Below, piece after piece: positions 1 to 9,783 of a DNA stretch of 64,000 nucleotides. Source of the stretch: Neophaeotheca triangularis (taxonomy: Eukaryota); the NCBI GenBank assembly GCA_054600435.1, contig BAAIJX010000009.1, positions 186,001 to 250,000 of the forward strand. The letters run 5' to 3'. Numbering within the stretch: position 1 is the stretch's first letter; every line of letters begins with the position of its first letter. The translations under genes were made by a program, and so were the position numbers. A model generated the notes under the pieces. It worked only from the letters and a program-made list of their open reading frames with translations. It had not been told where the DNA came from and searched no databases.

Positions 1-1484
1 GGCCTTGAACAAAGTTGCATTGAGAGCGGTCCCGTTGATGCGCGAGGGAACGCCACCAACAGAACCGTCGCAAGTACCAGAGGGCAACATGCGCTCAAAA
101 AAGGCGCCATGCATGCTGCGCAATGGAGTCGAGTTTTATCTGTAGTAGTGTGATCATGTCCTGATCCTTCTCGGGGTATCAGCTTCCAGTGTGGAGCCCG
201 GGCCCCTGAGCCTTGTATGTTCCGTCCCTAGAGCACCGCCAGCCTGATTTCGTTGCCAGATTGAGCGATTGATGCTGACACGCAGATGTAGTGGGACGTT
301 GTAAGATAGGACGACGTGTCAATCGAAGTTGATACTGAACAAAACCCCCAGCCTTGCAGGTCGACCGTAAGGAAGGATCAAATGAAGAATAGAGCTGGAT
401 AGAATGTCCCCTGTTCAAGTGCCGGATGATATTGAAAGCAGCTTAATGCTACCATCACATAACAGCCATTGCTTGAAGGCGAGGTCTCGGGGTCATTTGA
501 ATTCGGACATGGATCTTGCACTGCTGTGGTAGATACTGCCCTGATAATCGACAGAGCCAACCAAGACGAACCAAAGATAGCCTCAAAGATCAAGTGAAGT
601 TATCCCTGTAAGGACAATTTGATGGTCCAGATGGCCCAGAGAGCCGGGACAAGCTGGCCTAAGCCTGCTAACAAACTCGCAGCCTCGCAGCGTACTTTAC
701 GCTTCCGGTGAATAACAGTCCAAACAAGAGACCACAAAGTCGCTGAGAGTAACGCAGCCCAGGGATAGTACCAAAGCGCAAGACGGCTCGGCTGAGCGAC
801 GCTTGCGATAAAGCCTCATATGGGCAACTAGAGCTCGTACTAGGCATGTACCGGCTGGATTATCAAGACCAGCGAGCTGAGTGCAAGGCTGCCTATGTAT
901 AGAGGCACTTGCGGCCGAAGAGGCATGCTGGCAGTCGCTCGAGTCTTGGCGATTGTCAGGCGGTCTCGCTACATCGGGAGCGTCATGTGTCGGTCAGTTA
1001 TCTTCGAAGAGACTCGACAAGGCCAGTTGCATGTAGGATACGGTATACTGGATGAGGATGAGTAACGAGGTCTTTGACGCAACCTATGTAAGCAACGCAT
1101 CTGCGAGCTCAGCAGACGCCTGGCTGTAGTCTGAGGTGCGCGGAGATCTTCACAATCTCTCGGAGTCGGATTGCCGACAAGGATATGCCAACGACCCTGC
1201 TGGTCGTCTCGGACCGTGCGACACTGTCGAGGTCACAGGTTCCTGGAAGAAACGAGGTGAAGCTGACGTGAGCTTTCTGCGATAGTAGCGTGCCTTGGCA
1301 CGGCCGCCTTGGGTCTCACTCCTTCAGCGATGCTTGTTTCCTTTGTTGTCGTAGACGAAGCATACAACAACAGTATGCTTGCCAAAGCAGATATACTAGT
1401 AGGCAACATACTGCAAAATTCTGAAAGGAGGACAGTACAGCTTTCCAGAAGGTGCTCCCTCAACTCGCAAAACTCATCCTTCAC

Positions 1485-2636
1485 TCATGGCTGGACTTCC
1501 GCAGTAGCAACCCCAAGCGTACTATCAGCTTGCCCGAAGTACAAGAACCACTTCCCCTTGAATTGCACCAAACCCTCAGCGAATACCACCTGATCGACTT
1601 GTCCACTCTGCTCCTGCTGTCCGGTTGGCACAAGCATCGGCTTCTCGATTCTCGCAATAGGACCATCCATCAAAGCTGGCTGATACTCGCCCGGGATACT
1701 CGGGATGCTGAGATTGTTTGGTCTGAAACTACCAGAGGGATCTATAAGCATCTGGCCCACCGAGTATTGGTTCTGCGGGTACCCGATGCGTCCGGTCGTC
1801 ATGCCGTTGTAGACAAGTATCCAACGGCCGTCACGGGTTTTGATGGGGGCTGGGCCGGGTTCAATCAGCCTGTTCTCCCAGGGCAACAGTGGTGCGGCAA
1901 AATACTGTTCTGCTGGGAGCGTTTTCCAGTTGCGGAGGTCTGGCGAGGTGGCGTGGTAGAAGAAGCTGTCGCCCCAGAGCATGTGGTAGAGCCCGTCTGC
2001 CGTGGGTTCAGAGACTATGGCACCGGACTTGCTGTGGTTAAGCCGTGGCATTGGGATGTCGATATCGGAATAGGCGACGTCTTGCCAGCCAGGGAAGAGG
2101 GGTGGTTGTTTGGTCCAGATGATCAGGTCAGTTGAGGTGGCGATGCAGAGAACAGGTGTGTAGGTGTTGTAGGCTGTGTATGTCAAGTGGAACGTGCCGT
2201 TGATGCGAACAATTCGTGGATCTTCAGTGCCACCACCTTGCTCCCAGGACTCCGTGGGGGAAATGACAGGGTTATTGAGACGAGTGAAAGAATAGCCATC
2301 GGTACTCCAGGCGAGACCGATTGTTGAAACAAGCTCTTCGTTCTGTGCGCGGTAGAGAAGGAATATAGTCTGGTTCAAGATGATGGCGGTAGGGTTGTAG
2401 AGATAGGCAGACTCGAAGTCGTTTGCCGGGTTAGGTGAGAGTATTGGGTTATCGGGATATTTATTGAAAGGGAGGATGGGAAACAGAGGTGCTCTGTAGT
2501 TTGGATCGCCCTCAACTGTGGATTCAGAGATGGGAAAGGGTAGCTCGTCCGCAGACGAAACTTGGATGTCCTGAGCTTGAGCTAAGAGGCATAACGCGAT
2601 ATTGAGGAGAAAGGAAAGGTTTGAGATGATGAACAT
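1485..2636 (-). CDS. Secreted glycoside hydrolase family 130 (beta-mannosidase/mannoside phosphorylase fold), intronless, 383 aa
   Basis: Hydrophobic N-terminal signal (MFIISNLSFLLNIALCLLAQA). GH130-like motifs NPIL.P, YNP, LLYRAQ, GLAWSTDG, EDPRIV, YTAY, EPGPAP, VVFAEG, YFGQAD. Confidence 0.8.
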   Translation of the reverse strand: MFIISNLSFLLNIALCLLAQAQDIQVSSADELPFPISESTVEGDPNYRAPLFPILPFNKYPDNPILSPNPANDFESAYLYNPTAIILNQTIFLLYRAQNEELVSTIGLAWSTDGYSFTRLNNPVISPTESWEQGGGTEDPRIVRINGTFHLTYTAYNTYTPVLCIATSTDLIIWTKQPPLFPGWQDVAYSDIDIPMPRLNHSKSGAIVSEPTADGLYHMLWGDSFFYHATSPDLRNWKTLPAEQYFAAPLLPWENRLIEPGPAPIKTRDGRWILVYNGMTTGRIGYPQNQYSVGQMLIDPSGSFRPNNLSIPSIPGEYQPALMDGPIARIEKPMLVPTGQQEQSGQVDQVVFAEGLVQFKGKWFLYFGQADSTLGVATAEVQP

Positions 2637-2653
2637 TCTAGTGTCGAGATACC

Positions 2654-4906
2654 TTAGTTCCTGACGAGCGAAGCACCATGACCTTTTTGTAGCAAGTTTG
2701 CTTTTGCGTGATGATGATTCCGAGTATTTTGTGACGTACCGAACTCAAACCCCTTTCCTCGCAGCTCCATGGTAAGTGGCGTCCGCACCCCGCAGAGACT
2801 CGGCCAACAAAACTGATTTTCCTTGATCTTCTTCTTGACGCCTGGAGGCAACTTTTCAGTCTTTAAAGCAGCTGTGATATGGAACCTGTCTATTCTAGCT
2901 ACCGCTAGCAGAGTGGAGCGTTCGAGGGTTCCCAGGTCAACTAGAAGCGTCTCCGTCAGATGGTGATGACTCTCACCTCGAGGATTAACGACGAACGCGG
3001 GGGTTTTGAGTCTCGAGACACCTGCTCGATAAATTTGCTTAAGATTTGGAGAGGCATTGTTGTGACCGTGAGACCAGATTTAAGTACTGCACGCACCGTT
3101 AGAATACAGAGTAGCCATTCCCCATTCCGCACAAGCCACATTTTCTCCGTGCCCGAACCCGTCACCTCCACTTCTTGACTAGCCGTGAGACCACTCAGTT
3201 GCCACAAAACGTTCACTCAAAGCTCGAAGAGCCTGGAGAAGATCGTAACCAAATCCAGAGGCGTCGGCGTTCGACTGGCTCTCCCAAGGGAGGGTGTGAA
3301 AGCTTGACCCTGTGCGCCCTTCTCCCCACCCCCCGAGTTTTGTGCACTGGCACCGTCTGTCTGCGTACCTTGGCCGTTGTCTTTTTGCGAGACTTTGGGC
3401 TTTGGTCCTTTGGCGCGCGTTCGCAAACGGCTCAAATTCCTCCGGACAGAAGACAACGGCCCAGACGGGTTTCCTACATGTAACATGAATTGGGGCCGAC
3501 AAGCTCGCAGAAATTGGGTGATCATCCACTTCGTCCACTTCCACAGCATCGCCAGTCTCATTTGGCTCAGATTCCGAAGTCTCAGATGTCGCCGAGGAGT
3601 CTTCAGAGTTTGACGAAAGCCTATTTGGAATATTTCTAGGGACCACGCGATAAGGGTTGTTCACCACTCTGGCATGCCGAATGAGTCTTTTCAGGCTTTC
3701 GAAACAGATTTCATGGCGTAACGTCCCAGGGCGACAATGCACGTTCAAATTGTGAGTCATCCTGTCTTTGCAACAATAAGAAACGGCCATGATGTCCATA
3801 CGCACATCCATCGCGTCCAGGTCGAGCCCGGAGATGATAGCATTTTCCCACTCAGTTGCAGATACGTAGAGCAACGGATTTGAATTTGCCGAGACCTTGG
3901 GAAGAAACCCCGAAAGAGCGACCGTCTTGCGGAACTTGTTGATCAGCTCAATCGGCAGCCCCGACACGTACGGAGGTGAATGGATCGCAACGATCAAGGA
4001 TCGAGGATCAACGTCGGCCGTACGCTCGCGCTGTCCTCAGCGCCGAGATTATCTTCCCCCTGAAGAGGTCTCATCCAACTCGGGATGTCTTGCTCGGCCA
4101 TCGCTTGCTTCCTGAATGAATCTGCCTCAATTTCTCCGTTGGCCCAGTGGATTATTGCCCTCTGGATGAGAGTGAAGGCTCGGCGATAGGCTTCTAGCTC
4201 AATATCTCCGCGCTCCGGGAGATGGCCCCATTGAGGTTGGATCACAACGCCCCCGTCTTTGACTGCGTGGTTGCGAAAGAAGGGATTGGCAAACTTGCTT
4301 CTGAGGAAGCGTGTGAAACCTGTGTAGTGACAGGCCATTTCGTCAAGACACAAGTTAAAAAACTTCGAGCAATAGTTTACAAGCCAGTAGAGAATGGCTG
4401 TTGCGAGCGATAGCATCATTGAGATCTTGCGCGTTTTTGGGCAGATCCAGCATGTTCTCGCCATCAACGAAGTGCGCCTTCAAGTGTTTGTAGATCTGTC
4501 CGGTGGATTGGGGCAGCTTGGCTTGCTTTCACTCGTAAGCTGCACGCAGCACCGGATGAGAGAAAGCGAAGTTCCCGTATTCATCCAGTTGCGTGTACCC
4601 AAGGTAGCAGGCAGTGAGTCTTTCATCATTGTGGTAAATGACGGTCTCGGACAAGTGATCCCAGCTGAGCGGCATGTATCGGACCTGTCCCTTCTTACAA
4701 AGACCAAAGTATCCTCCACGGTGCTGTGGCCACGATTCCGTGGGGAGAGTTTGAAACCCTGACCAGGAGCACGAGATTTGTAGTAGTGCACTCGAGAAGA
4801 ACTTGCTTGGCGCATTCCAGAATGAACAGCGCGCAGTTACAGAAGTGCTCAGAGAACGGGTACGGCTGAAAAACAACCGACGATGACCGCAACATAACCC
4901 TCTCAC
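2654..4906 (-). pseudogene. Orphan interrupted reading frame: a pseudogene, or a spliced hypothetical gene of about 374 aa (possible exons 4453-4381, 4319-4024, 3934-3179)
   Basis: Three consecutive protein-like minus-strand frames tile the whole SEC6-GH130 gap. Isolated stops at 4531-4529 (TGA), 3181-3179 (TAG) and 3082-3080 (TAA); frame changes near 4360 and 4020. No family recognised. Confidence 0.45.
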
Positions 4907-7203
4907 TTCACCTTCCCCATAACAGTCTCCGTGCCCCTCTCTCCACTCATCTCCGCCGCCCTCGCCTTGACCGAGCTCAACATATTACGATCAAAGTCAT
5001 CCCGACTCCTAAGCACCGCCTCCACCCACCCGATCTGCACGTCCCAATACTGCTGCTTCATGCCCTCATACGCCTTCAGTACCCCTTCACCCTTATCCGC
5101 AGACAACAAATCACCAAAAGCCGAAACCGCTCGCCATTTCCCCTTGATCTCATCGAAAGAATCGGGGTGGTTCTGAAAGTACGAGAACACGGCGAGAATG
5201 TCCGATTTTATGACGTCGGTGAAGGGGTCTTGACGGCGGAATTTGGCGTTCTTGTTGCGCACGGCGCTTAAGTAGCGCACCAGCAGTTCGTCGGAGAGTT
5301 CTTCCACGAGCACGTCTTTGAGACTGGGGTGTAGCACTTGGACGTAGTCGTTGAGGTAGTCTTCAAAAGTTAGGGTGATGGTCTCCATGGTCTTGACTTG
5401 CTGGCTCATCCATTGAGGCGTGAAAAATTCTCTCACGGCGCCGCCGAGGTCGGAGACGAAGATTAGGCGTGTGAAGAGCGAGATGCAATGGGTGCCGAGG
5501 TCGACGTAGCCGTCGCGGAGGCTGTCGAGTTCGATTTGCGAGCTGATAGCGTAGGCGGGGGAGACTAGCGGTTCGTAGTCTTTTCTGAAGCGCGTTAGGA
5601 AAGAGGTTGCGCCAGGTTGATCGTCGATGTTCGTAATCTGGTCGTTGGCGATGGCAACAATGTGGTCTTGCAGCGAGTTAAAACCTTCCACTACGGTGGG
5701 ATCGGGTGCATTTTCGAATTTCGCGACTTCAGCGTCCATCAGGGTTTCCCAGGCTTGTTGGCGTTGTTTCAGTGAGCGCAGCATGCTGTCCACGACGCCT
5801 TCGACGACGTCTGGACGGCCTGAAGACTCGGCTACTGCGAGCTGTTCGCGGAGCATGCGCCACATGTCTGAAAGGGTCTTCGTGTGGAAGTGGCCGTCTG
5901 CATCGGTGTCAAAGCTGTTTTCGTCCCGACGCAGGAAGACGTCCCGGTCTGAAGCCGTCATGCGATCCATCCATTGCTCCACGGCTTGGGTGATGAGGGT
6001 GCGGTAGTCGCGTACAAGATCTGCCTCGCGGTCGTCGATAACGTGCGGGGTGAGTTGCGATTGAGAGAAGCCCAGTTTGCCCATCTTGGTGTGGTATTTA
6101 CTCACCCAATTGAGGATGGCCAGCATATGCACAGGCGTGATTTCTGGGTCATCCAATCGCGAGACCAGGAAGTCGCGCATGAGGTTATGGTAGATGTTGG
6201 TATAGGTGCGGAAGATCTTCCACTTCTTGGGCATGAGGTCGACCATGCCGAGCTTGACCGTGTTGAGGTCGTTGAAGTACCATCTGCAGCTCTTCTCCAA
6301 TCGCTCTGGGTCCTCTAGGAAGGCCTCCCTGACGCCTTCGAACTGCGGCTGCGCAGCGAACTTGATAGCCTCGAGGAACTTCTTTTTGTAACCTCGTAAC
6401 TCTCTCTGGCCAACGTTAATACTCTTGAAACGGCTTGCAACATCCTGGAACTCTCTCTGCGCATCTTGCAGTGCTTTTACCTGTCTATCCTTCTTCTCTT
6501 CTTCCTCTATCACCAATGCCACCCTCACTACAAGCCCATTGTTTCCGCTCTGCACAAGCGGTATCAGATTCAAGCAAGCCTGCCCAACGTGCTCATCGAA
6601 CCAATCAACAACCTCATCCAGCTTGTTGAAATAGTCCCGCAATGTAGCTCCTCCCTCCAACGGCAGATTCTCAATCAGTTCCAAGCCACTCTCGACCTCT
6701 GCACTCCCTTTGACCTGATCCATGGCCTGATCCCTCACATCTCTCAACCCAGTCAAACCCTCATGAATAGCCAGCAGATTCGGCTGCGTTTCCAAGTCCT
6801 GGTCGTCCTCCGCCAGTAACCCTTCGAGCCTCGCCAGCTCATCAGCAAAGCGATCCACGCTCCCCTTGACCCCCTCTACAGCAGCAAAGTTTCGTTGCAT
6901 TATGCTCATCCTGTTGATGTCCGGGAACTCGCGAATCATGCCTTGGGCTTCGGCGCACAACTTGTCGATCTTCATCATCTCCTCCTTGATGGCTGCGACT
7001 GTTTGCTGGGCGGCGCTGATGTTGGACATGCCGGATTGTGTCAGGGATAGCTGCTCTGAGAGGCCGAGCTTGAGTTGCGAGTCCACAGCGGCCTTTCTGC
7101 GTGTCATGTCTGCTCTGAGAGAGGGCAGCTTGTCAAGGTCGTCCGGGGACTTGAGCAGGTCGGCAAGGTGGGAAGCGGCGGTGTTGCCATTTTGAGAGTC
7201 CAT
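4903..7203 (-). CDS. SEC6: Exocyst complex component Sec6
   Basis: Long helical ORF with L..PDDLDKL, KAAVDSQLK, WYFNDL..VK, PKKWKIF and a C-terminal YWD...WVEAVLRSRDD. Start taken as MDSQNG (ATG 7203); the frame is open upstream to ATG 7326. Confidence 0.92.
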   Translation of the reverse strand: MDSQNGNTAASHLADLLKSPDDLDKLPSLRADMTRRKAAVDSQLKLGLSEQLSLTQSGMSNISAAQQTVAAIKEEMMKIDKLCAEAQGMIREFPDINRMSIMQRNFAAVEGVKGSVDRFADELARLEGLLAEDDQDLETQPNLLAIHEGLTGLRDVRDQAMDQVKGSAEVESGLELIENLPLEGGATLRDYFNKLDEVVDWFDEHVGQACLNLIPLVQSGNNGLVVRVALVIEEEEKKDRQVKALQDAQREFQDVASRFKSINVGQRELRGYKKKFLEAIKFAAQPQFEGVREAFLEDPERLEKSCRWYFNDLNTVKLGMVDLMPKKWKIFRTYTNIYHNLMRDFLVSRLDDPEITPVHMLAILNWVSKYHTKMGKLGFSQSQLTPHVIDDREADLVRDYRTLITQAVEQWMDRMTASDRDVFLRRDENSFDTDADGHFHTKTLSDMWRMLREQLAVAESSGRPDVVEGVVDSMLRSLKQRQQAWETLMDAEVAKFENAPDPTVVEGFNSLQDHIVAIANDQITNIDDQPGATSFLTRFRKDYEPLVSPAYAISSQIELDSLRDGYVDLGTHCISLFTRLIFVSDLGGAVREFFTPQWMSQQVKTMETITLTFEDYLNDYVQVLHPSLKDVLVEELSDELLVRYLSAVRNKNAKFRRQDPFTDVIKSDILAVFSYFQNHPDSFDEIKGKWRAVSAFGDLLSADKGEGVLKAYEGMKQQYWDVQIGWVEAVLRSRDDFDRNMLSSVKARAAEMSGERGTETVMGKVK

Positions 7204-7585
7204 TGTGATGTCGTTAAGATAGCTGCAGGCGATCTGCCCCTTCAAGAGTGTTTCAATGTTTACATGGACCGTTGTTGTGGAGGTACAAGGAGAGGTGAGG
7301 TGTAGGCCAAGCTGATTGGAGCGCATTGCGGAAGAGCTGCGGATTCCGGAGAGCGACTCTAATTAGGTAGCCCAAGACTTCACCACCACCGACTAAAGTG
7401 TGCATCTAGACTCCAACCAGAACAACAACCACGGCCACAATATATTATACGAACGTGGCCTCTTAACAAGACCACGGATATTGTTGACTTGATTCATCGC
7501 ATCTCAATATCCACCGAAGCCGACAACGAGACAGACCCCAAAAACTACGCTCCCCTCATCCCAGCCTCGGACTTCATTCAAAACC

Positions 7586-7903
7586 ATGGCCTCAGTCCCA
7601 ACAACAGCCCAGCGCTTCTTCCGCATAACGCTCATGCGCTCGGCCATCGGCCTGCCGAAACCCACCTGGGGCGTCCTCGCCGCCCTTGGCCTGCACAAGC
7701 GCATGCGAACGGTCTACCACCCCGTGTCGCCGCAAGTTGCCGGTCAGATTTTCGCCGTCAAGGAGTTGGTGGATGTGCAGGAAGTGGGGGAGAGGTTGAG
7801 TAAGAGTGAGATGAGAGAGCTTAGGAAGCCGGAGCCAGGGTTTTGGGTGGAGAAGAGGGCGAGATCGAGGGAGGTTATGAAGGGGGATGAGGTTGTGGGT
7901 TGA
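7586..7903 (+). CDS. MRPL33: Mitochondrial ribosomal protein uL30m (MRPL33)
   Basis: [14 protein letters not shown]...[34 protein letters not shown], followed by RKP.PGF.VE. Confidence 0.92.
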   Translation: MASVPTTAQRFFRITLMRSAIGLPKPTWGVLAALGLHKRMRTVYHPVSPQVAGQIFAVKELVDVQEVGERLSKSEMRELRKPEPGFWVEKRARSREVMKGDEVVG

Positions 7904-8805
7904 GTGGATGGGTGGCGCAGTACTTGGAAGAGTGAAAAGACATTGGTAAAGGCGATTAAGTTAAGGATTCGGGAAGGAGTCTGGATTGGGATTCTAAGGC
8001 TCCGGTTGCGAGCGCTCGCTTGGTGTTGCTAGGGTGCCCTCGAGGCTGGGAAGCGAAAGCTGGTGGTGAAAACATACCAAAGGCCTGAGGGTGCGACCTT
8101 GAGATGACACCGTCCAGGGTTGGTGAACATGGTCGCTTCCCGTGAAGGAGATCGCTCTCTGCTAAGAAATACTCCGGTCTAGGCTGATTGTAAAAGGTGT
8201 AACATTACATACGAGATGCTAGTATACTTGTACTATATTTCTCACGATCGCATGACACCTGTATTAGTGCTTGTTGAATAGGGACACTGTGACAATCACA
8301 ACTTGTATGATGCTTATTTTTGAAAGACTGTAGACCTAGCTAACGATGACCACTACAGCAATTTTGCACCGTGAACTAACGCAATTTTTAAGTGGTCTTT
8401 GTTGCTTGTAGAAAACGCTTTCAAGACTCTCCTCGACAGAAGAAGGGCATAGACTCACTCGTTCTTTTCTGAGCGTAGAAGTAGCCGCAGGCGATGCGAC
8501 CAGGCGTTTGAGCAGTGGTGCACCGGTCAATGGATCGTGCCATTCCGAGAGCGTCAAGCAGGCCCGCGTGGCACTTTGCTCATAGCGACTTCTGAGGAAC
8601 TCTGCATTCCAGACAGGTTCAATTCGTCCGAAGATAGATCGCTGCCTCGAGTAGAACCTCTCCCGGATGACCACTGCTCCAAAAATCAAGCCTTGTTCCT
8701 TGATACTCTGCACCCAAAACAACACTCCACAACACCAAAGCGCCACGCTTGACAGCAATTAAGAATCGCCAAATGGTACTGCACCCATTGACTCCACTCC
8801 TTATC

Positions 8806-9309
8806 TCATTGCAGGCGAGGGCCCGCCACGTCAAGCCCAGTCAGACTCTCCATAGGATCCACGGGTTGCTCACCAGCCCCCTCCGCCACCATGCGATCCT
8901 CATCACTAACATTGTACTTGCTAGCATAGCCCTCCTGCACTACAAATTAGCAAAAAGAGCAAGAACTGATTTTAAGCAGAGACAAAAACCATACCTGCTC
9001 CCAAACCGCAGTCTTGCTCCCCAATCTCTCCTGCGGATCCTTCTGCGGTCTAGCCTGATTTACTTTAATGACTTTGCCAAAAAGTTCCGCCTGGTCCATG
9101 TTATCAATGGCCTCGCGTGCGTCCTCGGCGGACCCAAATTCCACGTAACCAAAACCGCGGTGCGGGTCTTTGTTGGAGGCGAGGTCGGGTTTGGGCAGTG
9201 AGACGTCTGTGATTTCGCCAAAGGGGATGAAGGCGTCGTGGAGGGTATCAGTCGTGACTTGATTGTCGAGGCCGCCAACGAAGATTGTTGATTCACGTGG
9301 GTTGGCCAT
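8806..9309 (-). CDS. RRM-only protein related to the cyclophilin E (PPIE/Cyp33) N-terminus; exons 9309-8995 and 8934-8806
   Basis: TIFVGGLD..VT...LHDAFIPFGEI, HRGFGYVEF, AIDNMDQAELFG. Intron 8994-8935 (GTATGG..GCTAAT..CAG) joins AVWEQ to EGYASKY. No PPIase domain follows. Confidence 0.85.
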
Positions 9310-9783
9310 GGTCGAGGGGAAATCGTTTGGTCTGGACTTTTTCTTCAAAGGATATGAGCTGTGCCAAGAACCTTGTCGGTCGTCTGGATATGCAAGAGGA
9401 ATAAAGGATCAAGGTGAAGTCGAAAAGAAGTCTAGTTAAGACGGAATGACTTGAGGTAGTACATCGAGATATTGTAGTCGTTTTCGATATCACGTGCTTG
9501 AGATGAAGTGAGACTGACCTGGAACGGAGGAACCTCGGAAGTGCTCTAGCAGCTTGCCAAGAATTTGACGTAGCGCGGACAGGGGAGAGGAGAGCCCCAA
9601 GCTGTCGGATGTTTATATCCACGTACACCTCCAGCTGTCTAGAGGCCACATTGAGCCTTCTGTTGTACACAACCCACATCCTACTTCTCTCCACCACTCT
9701 ATTGCGCATACTTCAAACGTAACGGTCTCTGCGCATGCTGTTGGACTAATCCTCGTTTTGCTGCGCGTTGAACCTCTCCCATC

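Noticed and set aside
1..1480. Possible degraded ORF or RIP relic at the window start
   Set aside because: The best-looking + frame has about 8 stops in 120 codons, near random expectation. No recognisable domain or repeat ends.
1452..2135. 227-aa + strand ORF
   Set aside because: Antisense shadow of the GH130 gene with a GTG start and no motifs. The same applies to the many antisense ORFs over SEC6, SEC31, SSN6, PHO91, RGP1 and GT2.
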